From Octopus vulgaris (taxonomy: Eukaryota), in NCBI GenBank assembly GCA_951406725.2, contig OX597830.1, positions 53,258,001-53,322,000 on the forward strand: a DNA stretch of 64,000 nucleotides, written 5' to 3'. The position numbers and the translations under genes were made by a program. Position 1 is the first letter of the stretch, and each line of letters begins with the position of its first letter. This document shows, in pieces, positions 12,301-28,239 of the stretch. The notes beneath the pieces are model-generated. The model searched no databases and was not told the origin of the DNA. It saw nothing but the letters and a program-made list of their open reading frames with translations.

Positions 12301-15300
12301 AGGATGTCTGATCATAGATTCACTTAGTCAGGACTAATACACCAAACATCCCTTATAAAAACTGGGGCCAGACAAGAGTGCAGAATGAAACAATACTACC
12401 ATCATTTCTGGATAAAAATACAAGTCATGTAGTTACAAGTTCAATTCTAGTGCATGGTACCTTTGTCAAATGTTCTCAATTATAACCTTCAGATCACTAC
12501 AGGTGCTACTGGTTAAATGAAAAATGTGTGAATACCACTCAGCTGGTTGTATCTTGTCTAAGGCTGTAGATTCAACCCTTCATCCAGTTTCACATCTCCT
12601 ATCTGGCCCTCAGGTGCCTTTAACAAATTCTGGACAAGGCATGGCTTTGTGGTTTCAGATTCAGTCCCAGTGTGGCACCTTGAGCAAGTGTCTTCTACTA
12701 CAGTGCCACACCAGCCAATGTCTTGTGAGTGAATTTGGTAGATGGAAACTGTGAAAGTCCATCACGTACGTGTGTGTGTTTGTATGTTTGTTCCTTCCAC
12801 TTCTTAACACTTGTTTACATCCCCATAACCTAGCAGTTCAGTGAAGGAGACTGAAAGAATAAGTACCAGACTTCTAAAAGAAAAAAAAAAAAAAAAGTAC
12901 TCCAGTCCCAAGGTACCTAGATCTGCAGCTTGTTCTTGTAGTGTAAACAGCGTAGTGGTCAACAATGTTGGATAGAATGAATGCCTTGCAGTATTTGTCC
13001 TGACCCCCTGTGGTCCATGTTCCAATCCTACAGAGGTTAACTTTACCATTTATTGTTTCAGAGTCGGTAAAGATGCATCAACCAGAGTAGCAGATTGGTA
13101 GAACTGTAAGAACATCGAACCGGGTGCCTTGAAGCATTTGTTCCATTTTTTTTTTTTTAATTCTGAGTTTGAATTTTATTGGGAAGGAGACTTAAACCAG
13201 GATTCATTTTAACACCACACTACTCGGCACCTTTAGCAGAGTCCATTCTTTAGCAAGAATTAGGGTCTAAGTGTTCAATTTGAGGATACTTTCTTATGTC
13301 AATTTCAGCGGTCCTGTAAAACTCATAGTTCCTGCTTTTCCAGCAGCCAATTTGGAAGGGACTATAAAACTCATTGGTCCTACCATTCATCCTTTTATGA
13401 ACCCATTAAGAAACATTAAAATGATATCGAACAACCAAGTTTAGAAGATAAGAAATTTGAGATGAGGAGTTTTGTTTGTTGTAGCCACTCTAAAGACTTA
13501 CGTGTTTCTTTTGCCGCATAATTTCCAACTTCTGTGACATCTGAATCTGTCTAAGTCTCTCTTGTTCTTCTTGTTCACGTCTTCGTTTTTCACGGTGATC
13601 CTCCCGCAAAGCATCAAGGGCTTCCCGAGCATCTCTCAGCTGAGCAAGTTTGTCCTGGAGACATTCGTAGTGGCCTGAAATTAAATCAAGTATGGTTGTG
13701 AGTGTGTGTCATGTGGTTGTGTGTGTGCTTTGTGCTGGTGCATGTGTATAATAATAATAATAATAATGAAATTATTGTATACAGTGCTCAGGTGCACCAC
13801 AACTTGTCAAAAGTGCGTATAAAGCCTATGCAGTAATGGAAAGTGAACAGTGTATGAATCAGAAACATGCTTGCGTGTGTATGGAGGGGAGAAAATCAGG
13901 TGTAGTGTTGGCGAATCTCAGGAAGCATGGAAGTTTTGAAGGATGCAGTGCTCCGACAACTAACAACTGATGCCGGCAGTCTGTTCCATGCTTCAGCAAC
14001 TCTCAGCGTGAAAAAATGTTTCCTGAAGTCATGGGAGCTGTACTGTTTTCTGACTTTGTAAACATGTCCACAGGTGATAGACAGATGGAGTTTGAAAAGG
14101 TACTCAGAGTTATTGCTCGTAAGATGGTTTGTATTATTACCTTGCTTGGAAATAAGAGAAGGTTGGTAACACGGAAAACATTCTGCCTCAACAAATCCCA
14201 ACTGACTCATGGAAGAGTAGACATTAAAATGATGATAAATGCAAGCATGTGTGGGAGAGAGAGAGAAAGAGACAGAATGTGTGCACATGGAGAGAGAGAG
14301 AGTAAGAAAGATGATATATGATATAAAGACTCACGCAGCACATTCTAGTACAGAAAAATGTCAGAACAGTGTGGGTGACACATATATTTTATACAAAGTC
14401 ATTATAAAGCACTTGTGCAATTTTATGTTTCTAGAACTTTATTTTATATATGGTAAAATTATTAGAGGAAGAATTTTCATAAGTCTTATCTCCCAATCAC
14501 TGTATCCACCCCTCAACCTTACATAATCTCAACAGTTGTCACCTACTCTCCCCTACTTACCATCCCTCAATGCTTGCTCTTCATTCATTATACTCTACCC
14601 TTCACTTGTCCATCTCTTTCTATCTCCCACACTTCTGTACATTTTTGCAACCTCTACCCATCCACAGTCCCTGGTCTGGTCCCCACTGACTTTTACTCAT
14701 TTCATAACTTGAAGATCAATCCTGACACATCACCACAATTTTACCTCTCCAACTCCCCTTCCCAATTACCCTTACCCTCTCTTCTGAAATGTGAGGAGCC
14801 ATGTAGCCCTTCTACTACCTGCTCTACACTGGCCCTTGCCTATCTTAACCCTCATCTATCTTAAAACTGCCTCATTTGGAATTTGTAGTCTTGTAACCTG
14901 CATAGTGACCTCACGAGTACTAATGCAATGAAAGACACTCTCAGGTGAGTATATTCAAAGCAACACAATGTGACCGAGACAACAAATAGATAACAGATTT
15001 CTGTGTCAGCCAGGAGATGGAATGATGACAGATGTATATATCTTTTGGTGATATGTACTGCTGAAGGATGTAAACATTAACACGGACACTGGAAAACTGG
15101 TTTCTGAACTTACTCATCAATGCAGAGTTCTGCACTGAGTTACAGACACTCCCTTGTCATTCTTGCTGATGGGAATGTAGTGAACTAGCAATTGGTCAAC
15201 TGGAAATCTGTAACCAACAACTCATATTGTGATATGATATAATATATACACACATACATGTATAATTAAAATAAATACCAGTGTGATAGTGTGTATGTGT

Positions 15301-17901
15301 ATATTCCCAATTTATATTCATGTATGTTATATTGTAATAATTACTGGTATCTTTATATATTAATATATTTTATATCTTATATGTAAAGCATAATATGTTA
15401 TACATGTATGTATATTCTTGTAATTGTCAGTTTAGTAAATAAATAAGTTGACATAATATGATGTCTAAAAGTTGATGAACCACCTATTGATCCCCTCCAT
15501 TTTCTTATTGCTCTCTCTCTCTCTCTTTATTTATATATATATATATATATATATGTTTGTGTGTATGTATAGCCCAATACATGCCAGTATGGAAGATGGA
15601 CATTAGATGATATATAGATATGTGAGTGTGTGTGTGCATACAGAGTGAATATGTGTATGTGTGTGTGAATTATGTGCTAGCAAGAGTTAAGTATGTTGGC
15701 CAGAGAGACAGCTTGAACCCCTGGACACTAGATCCTTCAGTTTGATCAGCTGACACCTTGGCCTTGTTGTGCAACTTACTTCGGGCATCTTCTTGCTCTT
15801 GAATATATTTCAGCAACTGTGGGTGCATGTTGCTTATGACATTGAAAAGGGATTGCACAGAGGTGTCGTTGGTTATGCTTCGACCTCTCATCGAATTACT
15901 GCGCATACGATTGACAAATATCTCAACACTGCTCTGTAGAGCACCCAAGAATTGTTGTTGGTCAATGTCAATATCCCCATTCTGAAAAGACAGAAACAAA
16001 TTGGAAAAATATTAAAAAATAATATTGAGGTACCCCAATACAATCAGCTGGAACCAGGAGGGAAAAAAAAAATCGAAATTTATCTTTCTACAAAAAAAAT
16101 TAAGGATTCATATAACAGGTAGGTAGCTGTAAATGTTAGTTAGTTAGTTAGTTAATTTGGCTCAAAAGCAAATAGCAAGGCCATGTAGGGGGACATGGAG
16201 TTAAGTACAGGGTGGTGTTCATGTAAAGAGTTCAGGCCACTTGAGGTCAAGGGAGGCTTTGAACAAAGCGGTCGTCGGCATCTTCACCATCTCGTCTGGC
16301 AGCTTGTTCCACGGATCAAGTGGAACAAGTGGATCAAATGTTTAGTGGCCGAAAGCATGAACTGAGTTACTAAGGCAACCAGGTAGGTGTGACACCAACA
16401 ACTGTTTGTTGAATGCCCATGTGTGTGTGTTGTGTATTTTACCTAATACTGCAGCTCTCTAAAGTGCTGGAATAAACAGATGATTTTCATGATACATTAA
16501 GCCATTTTTGCATGTTAGAAAATCCTTCTCTTTAACAAATGCACATTCCAGATTTGAGACCAATCTCCAATTTTGTTGTAAAACTCTTTCTTTCATTTTG
16601 TTATATAATGCACTTGCATTCAGTTGTTTTCAGATACCTTCCGTCATTACAGGATCAATGTCCTGCTATGCACTATCACATTTGTCTAAATGTGAAGCAA
16701 AGATAATTATATCATCATTGTTAGTCTCATTATACCTCAATCAAAAAAGGGCATCAACATGTGGAATACTTTAACACAGAACATGCTTAATGACGAAATC
16801 ATACTGAGATAGAATCAAACTCCATCTGGCCATATTTTTGTGAAGCACGTCAAGATACATCTAAAGCCTTCACAAACAGGGTTTTTAAAGGCTGGCTATC
16901 TGTTTCCAAATAAAACTGCTTTCCTAGAAGGAAATGCTGCAGTCTATCTACATACCATACCACTGTATAAGCCTCTCTCTCTCTGTTCAACCACTTTCAT
17001 TGTACCTGGCTAAAGGTGTGGCTTCTGAATGTTACTGGGTCTCCTTCCTGGGACAACACCCCTGCTACTGCAATCAAGGATGCATCTACAGTGAGAGTGC
17101 TTCTCTATTGAGTACAGCTTCAAAACTGGAGCCTCCGAAAGATGAGTGATAAGCATATGGAAGGCCTCATCTTGCTCTTTATCCCACTTAAATTCTTTAG
17201 ACTTAGCTGATGAGTGGTTTTACATTTTCAGCATATGCTGGGACAAATCTGTAGTAATTCGTCAGACCCAATATTTTGTCAATATTTTCCTTCAATTTTG
17301 GTACTTGTATGTCCTTTAGTTTCACTACCAATTCCTGAGAAGGAGAAATACCCTCTTCAGATATGTTAATTCCTGAGAAAGTCAAATTTCTTCTTCTGGG
17401 AAATGACTTTTCTTTGTTAATGAAGAACTGCACCTTGGTTAGCCATGCAATTACCACATTCTCTCTGCTTGTCAATTTTGCTTTGCTACTAGTAATGTTC
17501 AAGTCGAAACAAAATGAACTGTCTTTAATAATCATTTTCAATCAGCCCCAAAAACTATGGGCCGTCTACCACAATAAATTTACATGGCTCAGTGTTGTTG
17601 AGTTTGAATATCACTTGGATTGATCCAACAACCTATAGATATGAACTATCAGTTTTGCTTTGAACTGTATCAGCCAGGCATTAGCTTTTTCCAAGTTGGT
17701 TCAAGTTTAAATATTTTCCAGATCTCATCCTTGTTGCCATAAGTTGTGTTTCACTCATTAGAAAAGATATTGAATGTTCATAACTGCAAGTTACACAGCT
17801 CACGTCCAAGGGCCATACTGTACAGTTCCTAACCTCATCCTCCCTGTGCATAGCAGTATCACCCCTTTTATGGTTGCTAGAGACTTCCCTTGAGAGTAAT
17901 A

Positions 17902-17969
<68 letters not shown>

Positions 17970-20900
17970 GATACCAAAATTAGCAACCCAATGCAACTAT
18001 CACAATGTCTAAATAACTCGTGTTTTGTTTCTTAATATCAAACCCAAATAAATTTAAAATATTCCATGTAGGTGTAACGAAATTCGCTTTGCAACCACAT
18101 GATCCCAGATTTGACTTTCGGTAATATTCTATCACAGACTTGGATCAGTCAAAGCTTTGTGAATGAAATCTGGTGGACAGAAACTATGTATGAATGTGTA
18201 TAAATCTACACATTATCTAAATTCACAAATCAGAGGAAAGGAAAAATGGTAAAAACCATGGAAGAAATTACATTTGAAACTGAAGCTGCTATTCATTGCT
18301 ACTTTGAATTTTGTGTCTGTGTGTTTGCTAAGGCAATCAGAGTTAATTTACAAGCAACTGTACTGTACGTAAAAAGCACCAACTGATCATGGCCGTTGCC
18401 AGCCTCCCCTGGCACCTGTGCTGGTGGCACGTAAAAAGCACCCACTACACTCACAGAGTGGTTGGCGCTAGGAAGGGCATCCAGCTGTAGAAACACTGCT
18501 AGATCAGACTGGAGCCTGGTGCAGCCTCCGGGCTTCCCAGACCCTGGTCGAACCGTCCAGCCCGTGCTAGCACGGAAAACGAACGTTAAACGATGATGAT
18601 GATGTACTTCTGCTGACAAATGGAGAACAAAACTCAGAATAGCAATGATAGAAAACTTTTGCTTCAAGTGTGCATGTGTGTGTATATTGATGGAGGATGG
18701 CAAAACCAATAGTTGAATGGTGTACAAAATATCTTGTGATATTTGGTTAGATTTGTATAGCGACATTGACACCCATACTCCAGAAATCAATAAAATAAGT
18801 ACAGGAGCAGGTAGCAGTGACATAATCCATGTCTGAACATGGCTGCAGTCCAAAGCCTGAAACAAATACAAGAAGAAATGAATGCAAGAATATCAGTTAA
18901 TGTTTCCGTACCATTTCATGTGTCTTCATAATCGTTGTCTTTGGTTCAGCGGTAGCAATGGGAGCAGAAGGTGTTGTTGCACTCTGTTCTGACCTTTGCT
19001 GCCAGTAATTTCGGTTAAGGTAACGAGCAAGTTCTGGATCCATATCTGAAGTGTCTATTGCAGGAGCTGAAACAGTCTGAAATATCAAAATGTAGAAATT
19101 AAACTTCAGAATATTAAATTTCAGAAATTATGTTAAGGTATTCAATTCCTATGAACAGACAATAGTAATAATGATTTCTAAAAATTGATTTCAAATTTTG
19201 GCACAAGGCCAGCAATTTTGGGGGAGGGAGTAAGATGATTACGTCAACTCCAGTGCTGAATTCGTACTTATTTTATCAACCCCAAAAGGGATGAAAGGCA
19301 AAGTTGACATCAGTGAAATTTGATCTCAGAACAAAGAGACATAATGTTGCTAAGCATTTTGCCTGGTGTGCTATCAATTCTGCCAGCTCACTGCCTTAAT
19401 TCATTCTAATATTGAGTGGTTTGGGGCACACATACAAATGCAAATTTCGGCAGAGGGTATTTAAGTACTCCAAAGTACTCAGTAAATACATTTTATCCAG
19501 AAGGATGAAAGGCAAAGTTGATCTCAGTGGGACTTGAAAACAGAACCTAAAAAGATATAAATTAGGTACCACAACCTGTATTGTCTATAGCTCTACCAAT
19601 TCTGCTAAACCGTTAATATTTTATCTGTCTACTAATTTCCCATCATTTTGACACTGGACACTAGTAATCCTGGCAATCCACCACTATTCTGTTCGTTATT
19701 CTACCAATTTTATCAACACACGGGCTGAAAAGTAAAGGTGACCTAAGTGGGGATTAGAAATCAGAATTTAATGTGCTGTTACTAAATACTACACAGAGAG
19801 TTTTTTTAAATATTTGTCCCCCTCTGGCCTACAAGATCTAGTATATTTCAATCCAGCCAACGCAGCAAAATGAGTTTGACCCATTGATGTAGAAGCCCCC
19901 TTCAAATCACAGACACGCTATACTCTTAACACAGGTCTCACGCCAAATCAGCATAACACAATGTGAAAAAGCGAACCCTGGAATTAATGGTACAATCCAG
20001 AGAGAGAGAGAGAGAGAGAAGTGATCCCAGTACACGACTGATACTTTATTGACCCCAAAAGGGTGAACGACAAAGTTGACCTGTTTTTGCTAAATTCAAT
20101 TTGTTAATCTTCCTCTGCATAGTACCTTGGGCAAGTATCATCTACTACTACAGCCCTGGGACAACCAATGTCTTGTGAGGAATTTCTGCACATACGTGTG
20201 TGCTTACAACCTGCATTGAATAATGGTTGTAAACAGTGAAATCATTTGCAGCTCAGCTACAAACAATAACAATACTTGTTGATATTTCCTATCAACAAAT
20301 TATTCGCTAGATCTGTGCTTTCAAATTCCTCTGCAATATAAAATCCCTTTTTTAAAAAAAGGGGGTAAGGGTTGGAGACAGAAAGAGCCTTTGGTTCTAA
20401 AAATCTTGATTCAATTACTTCTCATGAAAGCCATGTCAGCTAAGCAAAATGAATGATTTTATATATCTATACACACACACAATGAGCATCATCATCATTA
20501 TCATTTAACATTTATTTTCCATGCTAGCATGGGTTGGACGATTTTGACTGAGGGCTGGTGAACCAGATGGCTGCACCAGGCTCCAATCTTGATCTGGCAG
20601 AGTTTCTACAGCTGGATGCCCTTCCTAACGCCAACCACTCTGAGAGTGTAGTGGGTGCCTTTTTACGTGCCACTAGCACGGGGACCAGTCAGGTGGTACT
20701 GGCAATGACCTCGCTCGAATCTTTTTACACATGCCACCGGCACAGGTGCCAGTAAGGCGACACTGGTAACGATCATGCTTGAATGGTGCCTTTTACATGC
20801 CACCGGCACGGAAGCCAAGGGATAAATCATCCAAACAGGTACCATAAGAGCTCTCGGGTATAGTCCAGGTTCTAGTTAACTGCATCAATAAGAAGCACCA

Positions 20901-22316
20901 AGGATTGCTTAGGGTGAGCAATCCCACTGTAATTTTTCTGATAAGTAAATCCAGGTTTGCTTCACTGGATTATATTTTCTGGAGTGCAAATCCAAAACAA
21001 TCACAAAATATGTAGAAACTGGTACATCTTCACAAACTTTTCTTTTAATTTTAACAGTCAATTATACAGCATAATTGGTTAAAATGACCAACACGTGTTT
21101 CTGCTGCATAGAGAATATGCAGTTGCACATGTAACCTGCAATATTCTGCTATGCACCTCTATTCACAGTCTTTCTATAAGTGTGGTCCAAAGCAAACTGA
21201 ATTTATTTAAGCATGGCTAACTTATTTATTTTACTTTGGTTTAAGATACAAAAGGAAAGTGAAGGGGGGAGATGTTGAAATTTGATATGGCTCTGAAATT
21301 TACTTTGTATCTGATCTCATGTAGACCTTAGTTCCAGGACAAAACAAGGTCAAAGTATATCTTAGTGTTTTAATACAACTTCATCTATGTATTAAAAGAT
21401 ATTAAATAAATATAAATCTAATTAAATTAAGTGAAAGAATTCTGCCATATATACTTAAGATGTCCATATGGAAGGTGCACTTGTTTAGTCTATGTGGTAG
21501 ATGGAAAGTGAAAGAAGCCTGGCATGTGTGCGTCTTGACATTGCATGATAGTTTAAATGAGAGTCACAGTCACACAAGCAGTGTTATTTCCAAAATTCAG
21601 TAAGAACATGCATGGCCATGGAGAAATATTACCTTGCTGGGAACTAGGTGAGGGTTGGGAACAGAAAGAGCATCTGACAATTGAAAATCTACTTCAACCT
21701 TTGTCCAACCCATGCAAAACATAGAATAGTGGGCATTAAACAATGACAAGAGTTCCTTTCAAACGTTGGGCCTCAAAGAGGCAAAGTGGCCAAGTTCCTT
21801 TCGAGCGACGGGCCTCACAGAAGCAAAGTGGTTGAGTTTCTTTTGAGCATTGGGCCTCAGAGAGGCACAGTGGCTGAGTTCCTTTCAAGTGTTAGGCCTC
21901 ACAGAGGCAATGACTGAGACTTTTGGTATTATGTTGTGCTTGAGAAGATCCATCAAGCCAAGCGAAATTGCAGTTGTGGCAGATACTGGTGTCATGCAAA
22001 TGGCACATAAAAGCACCCATTACACTCTAGGTGTGGATGGCATTAGGTAGGGCATCCAGCTCACCAGCCCTGATCAAACCATCCAACTTATGTCAGCATG
22101 GACAACAGACATTAAATGATGATGATGACATGTTGCAGTGGAATCATGTCAAAGACCAGGTCACAACTGCTGTGATGAAAATTTTGACACCAAATGTTTG
22201 AGTGAAGTTTATGTTCTTGAATGGCTAATATGTGGGTGTCTTCCACAATATAATTGATTTAGTTTTAGACACACAGTCTCATATCAAATCACTTGCTCAG
22301 CAAGTACACTCCTGAA

Positions 22317-22347
<31 letters not shown>

Positions 22348-25300
22348 TTGCATGGGTGTGTGGTAAGAACTTTGCTTCCCAACCACATTGTTCTGGATCC
22401 AATCCCACTGTGCAGCAGTCCTGCACCACCAAAAGCCTTGAGAGTTGATTTGGTAAATGGAAACTGAAAGAAGCGCATCATATGTGCGAGCGTGTGTGTG
22501 TGTGCGCATGTACATGCGTGTGTGAGCATCTATGTGCCTCTCCTTGATTTGACTGTGTAATTTATAAATGATTGTCACTGACATACACACAGTGTCCTTC
22601 CTTTCCAATACACTGTGAGAACATGTCGAGCCTTAGGAAAATATTATCTTGCTTGGAAACCAGTTGAGGGTTGGCAAGAGGAAGGGCATCTGGCCATAGA
22701 GAATTTACTTCAATAAACATTGGGACTCAAAGGGGATGGCAGGTGACTGAGATCCCTGGTGGTTTGCTGTGCTTGAAAAGACATGTCAAGCTAAGTAAAT
22801 GTGTGGTTGCCCTTGCATACAGGACCGTCCCTTGCAATGCTCATCAGCTGAGCATCCCTAATCTTGCAGGTTATGATGATGAAACTGTCTGACCCATGCA
22901 GGCATGGAATTTTATATTTTATACATTTTTTATTAATTAATTTTATTTCTATGTATTGGTTTATGATTTTCACTGTTTGATTTGCCTAACAGTGGTTTTA
23001 TCTCTAATTTAATATACATATTTATACTATAAAATTAGATTTAATCCTAAATCTAATTTTTCCCTGTAAGTTTGGATTTACTCCCTAATATTATTATATC
23101 ATCATCATCATCATCATCATCTAGCGTCCGTTCTCCATGCTAGCATGGGTTGGACGGTTCAACTGGGGTCTGTGAAGCTGGAAGGCTTCATCAGGCCCAG
23201 TCAGATCTGGCAGTGTTTCTACGGCTGGATGCCCAAATAAAAGAAGAAATCAGAACATTTGTTTTTCCAAGTTTGTGTATGTGTATTCATCATTATTGAC
23301 TAACATAGAAACTTTCGTTTTCTATGCTAGTATGGATTTGACTGTTCAACAGGAATCAATAAGCCAGAGGACTGCATCAAGCTCCTACGTCTGTCTTGAT
23401 AGGGGTTCTAAGGGTGGATGCCATTCCTAATGCTAACCACTTTACAGAGTGTACTGGGTGCATTTTTTCTTTTCATAGCAATGACACTAGTGAGGCACAT
23501 TATATATGCATGTGTGTGTGTATGTACACATACATCTATGACACAGAATGGATTAGAAGTTGTCAATAAAGACGCAATTAGATAAAAGCCCCCTCCCCTC
23601 CCCCTATCCTTATCTACCCTCAAGTCAGCAAACTCGTATGTAGCTGTGTCAGCACTGTCGAAGCAGAAATTACATGACAGAAATATATTATTCCTAACAG
23701 GACGTTGTTGAAATGAAAGATTTCTACAAAGCTTTGTTTATTCTCTAGTAAATAGAAAACAACAGAACATTCATAACAAGAGTTTGTGTATGTGTGTGTG
23801 TGTGGGAGGGAGAGAGGGGGGGCAAGAGAGAGAGAAAGAGAATGGATCTTAATATGAAACCAGTTAAACACCTAACTTCACAACTTACTATTCAAATCAT
23901 TTGTCAGACACATTTGATCTGGACTATCATTTTTGGAACTTTTCTAAAAATTTACAAAAGCCCTAGTTGTAAATGAGGAGGCTTATAATGATTCATTAGA
24001 AATCCCATTTCAGTATTTGGTTCCCTTTTGTTCTTGAATCAGCTGCATTATAAAATGATTTGGTCGCTTTGGCTACAATAACCAAAACTTCTGCTGTTCT
24101 GGTTATTGATCACCAAATTTTGAAATCTACCAAGTCATCTTTTTGCAAAATTACTTTATCATGGGTCAGGCAAGAGTATGTTGTGACAAACTGGCACAAG
24201 TTGAGCAGCTTGCCAGCAACTGGCAAGGCCACAGGCCGTACCAGGTTCCATAGTCTGTTTTGGCTCGGTTTCTACAGCTGGATGCCCTTTCTAATACCAA
24301 CCACTTTACAGAGTGTACCAGGTGCTTTTTACATGGCACCATCACCAGTGCTTTTACGTGCACCAGCAGATATGATGGGCCTTTTTCAGTTTTCATCTAC
24401 AAAATCCTCCCACAAGGCTTTAGTCAGTTTGGGGATATGGTAGAAGACACATGCCCACAGTGATACACAGCGAGACTAAACCCATCCACAAAATGGACTT
24501 CTTAACCACATAGTCATACTGGCATCTAACTCTTGCTTTGTCTTAAATTAATATAGATTTCAAATTGTGGCACAAGGCCACCAATATCAAGGAAAGGAGT
24601 AAGTTGATTACATCAACCCCAGTGTTCAACTGGTACTTAATTTATTGACCCTGAAAGGATAAAAGGCAAAGTCAACCTTGGTGGAATTTGAACTCAAAAT
24701 GAAAAGTCAGAAGAAATACATATTTCTTTACTACCCACAAGGGGCTAAACACAGAGCAGACAAACAAGAACAGACAAACGGATTAAGTCGATTATATCGA
24801 CCCCAGTGCGTAACTGGTGCTTAATTTATTGACCCCGAAAAGCTGAAAGGCAAAGTTGACTTCGGCGGAATTTGAACTCAGAGCGCAGCGGCATACGAAC
24901 GTTTCTGCCAGTTTGCCACCTTAAAGTCAGAAGAAATACCACTGAACATTTTTTTTTTCATTGCAGTAATGATTCTGCTAGCTCGCCACCTTTTAGCAAA
25001 TCAATATTAAGATTTTCTTCATAGCAATTGTGTAATGTCTAAATGATAATCTAAAACAAATTACAACTTTACCTACAGCATATGTTAATGGCATGATCTG
25101 TCATTTCTAACACACCTGACCTTATTACAACTGAAGTCAGCTGAGCCTTCAGTCAGCACCTCTGTTCATGCTGGAGTTATTTTTAGCTCATCTGCACAAC
25201 ATAAAAACACCATTTTATAACCGACTTTTTGTTCATCTGACACATACTTCATAACTGTCAATGCTTGCTCACTTATTCTCCTGTATTAATGGGCATTTCA

Positions 25301-28180
25301 TTCTTCCTGAGGAAAATTTTAATCAGCAATAACTTCAATAATCTTTTCATACACTCACCTGTCATTTCTGCTCAACAAGCAAGTGGAAACATTCTGGTTA
25401 ACATTTACCTATGAATTTCTAAATATTTTGCTAAACTAAACTCTAAGAGAAGAACTTGGAAACAATATCATCATCATCATCGTTTAACGTCGGCTTTCCA
25501 TGGAAGCATGGGTTGGATGATTTTGACTGAGGTCTGGCGAGCCAGATGGCTGCACCAGGCTCCAATCTTGATCTGGCAGAGTTTCTACAGCTGGATGCCC
25601 TTCCTAATGCCAACCACTCCGAGAGTGTAGTGAATGCTTTTTACGTGCCACCAGCACAGGGTCAGTCAGACAGTACTGGCAACGAGCTCGCTCGAATATA
25701 TATCCAAGAAATTAGATAGTTCCCACTTTTCTAATGTATTTACCATTGCAGCTGGAAGATTTTAGAGAAGTGTGATAATTTCAACCTTATCAAGATGCAG
25801 GCATGGCTGTGTGGTTAAGGAGCTTGTTTCCCTTACGCCTTCTCGGTTATTTTTTAAATTAATTTTCTCTTTTGGTACATGTCTTCTGCTAGAGATCTGG
25901 GCCAACCAAAGATTTGTGAGTGGATTTGGTAGATAGAAACTGAAAGAAGCTGTAGTGGGTGGTGGTGGGGGAGGCCTTGTTTTGCCATCATATAATGGTC
26001 GCATATGAGCAGTGCTCATTTCTTACCAACACACCTGAAACCGCCCTTAGTCCTATAATACAAACTTCCAATTTTAAGTTATCTAAATTAAAATTTCATG
26101 TTAATTTATGTTCCAAATCCCAGATGAATAATGTCAGAGTTATTTAAAATATTTTTTTATTATTTATTATTTTCAAAATTAATTGAGAAAAAAAGCAGAG
26201 TATTTCAACAGAAATATGTTAATGAAAGGGTTAAACAAGGTGGATTTTAGGTAGAGGGTAGGTATGGTTATTTTAATTCACTTCAGTACTTAATCAGTAA
26301 ATAAATTTTATCAAGCACCAACCGATCGTGGCCGCTGCCAGCCTCCCCTGGCACCCACTACACTTACGGAATGGTTGGCGTTAGGAAGGGCATCCAGCTG
26401 TAGAAACACTGCCATATCAGACTGGAGCCTGGTGCAGCCTCCTGGCTTCCCAGACCCTGGTCAAACCGTCCAACCCGTGCTAGCACGGAAAACAGACGTT
26501 AAACGATGATGATGATGACATTCAGAAAGAAAGGTGGAAGGCAAAGTTGACTTGAATGGTGTTTGAAAGCAGAATACAAAAATACACAATACCACCTGTT
26601 AGTCTACAATTCTGCTTAACCACTTAACTTTGCCATTCTACAAAACCATGATCACTGCCTTCTGCTCAACCAACCAACATTCTACCCACTAACTTGTCTA
26701 TATGTTATTCTTTTACCTGCCACTTGTAATCTACCATTATCTTGCCTACCAATTCTACAGATCTGTCATTTGGCCTGCCACACACTACTATCATTTGGTC
26801 AACCCATTTTACCAATAAAAACCACTCAATTATTTTTTTGCAAAACAGACGAAAGTTTTTGGTTTAACTCACCAAGTTGATCACATATATGAAATACTTT
26901 TATCTCATCCTTCTTTACTATGTCAACTGTCTCATGAAGCTATGTTCATACAAATATACAAAAGCTATTTCCCCTCACTTTCAATGTACCTTTTTGGTCA
27001 GGGTCGCAAAAAATTTATCACAAGAAGATTATTTTGTGAAACTTCAAGGGTGACCTATAAGGATTATCTTGAAAATCTAGCCCGGCCGATAAACCCCTTG
27101 TGTTGTGTCTGTTGATTTCACTGAAATACTACGATGGAAGGAAAATGACAAACAAGTAAAAAGATACCTATAAGTTAATCTGTTGTCGTTAATTCTTCCC
27201 GTTTACTACAAGGAAATAGAGAGTCAGTCATCATCTTATCACTAAACTTTACCCATCCCATCATGGACGATGGCGACAGATGGAGAGCCAGTCATCACCG
27301 CATCACCAAACTACCCATCCCTTAAGATACAGCATCTTTTCATGTCGACAATGATCAGATGCCCCCCCCCCCCAGCACCTCACTAAACTACATCTATGCT
27401 CTCTGGAATATAAACAGCCTTGGCAAATTTTAATAATTTATAGTACACTCAGAACTCAACACTTTACGCCAACATTCTAGTTCCTCGTATTATTTGTGGT
27501 ATCAATTCAACCGAAGTCGACTTCGCCTTTCATCCTTTCGGGGTCGATAAGTACTAGTTGAGTACTGTGGAGGTGGGGGGGGGTCAATGTAATCGAATTA
27601 CCTACCCCCTGCCCTGAAATTGCCAGCCTCAAAGGCAAAATTTTGAAATCAATATTATTTGTTAGTACTTATGTTTGCGCGCGAGCGCGTATGTCTCACT
27701 CTGTGTCACCAGTGAGACTGTTTTCGATAAATAAAACATTGACCTAAAAACAAAAACAAAAAAACCAACACTTCTCTATTTTCACGCACAACTTGGATTC
27801 TAATAATCAGATATAAATTATTTCATACATATTTAGCTTCATGTGTGTGTGTGTGTGTGAGGGGGTCGATAAAATAAGTACCAGTTACACACCGACACAA
27901 ATTCTACCGACGATAACCACTCCCATATATAATGAGGCATCCTGTCAACAAATTTAGAAGTCATTTTGATACAAAACTTAGAGCGGCAGACATAACTAAC
28001 GGCTTTGTGGTATTTATACTCCGTGTTCAAATCCTGCCAGAGTACTCAGACTGCCTCTCGTCCATCCACGATCGACCACGGAAGTCCATCTAGTTGATAA
28101 TGATTTAGAATCAACATTACTGTCCGTTCACCGGATGACATATTACAAGGAATGAGGGTCGTTACAACTCGAGACCTAAC

Positions 28181-28239
<59 letters not shown>

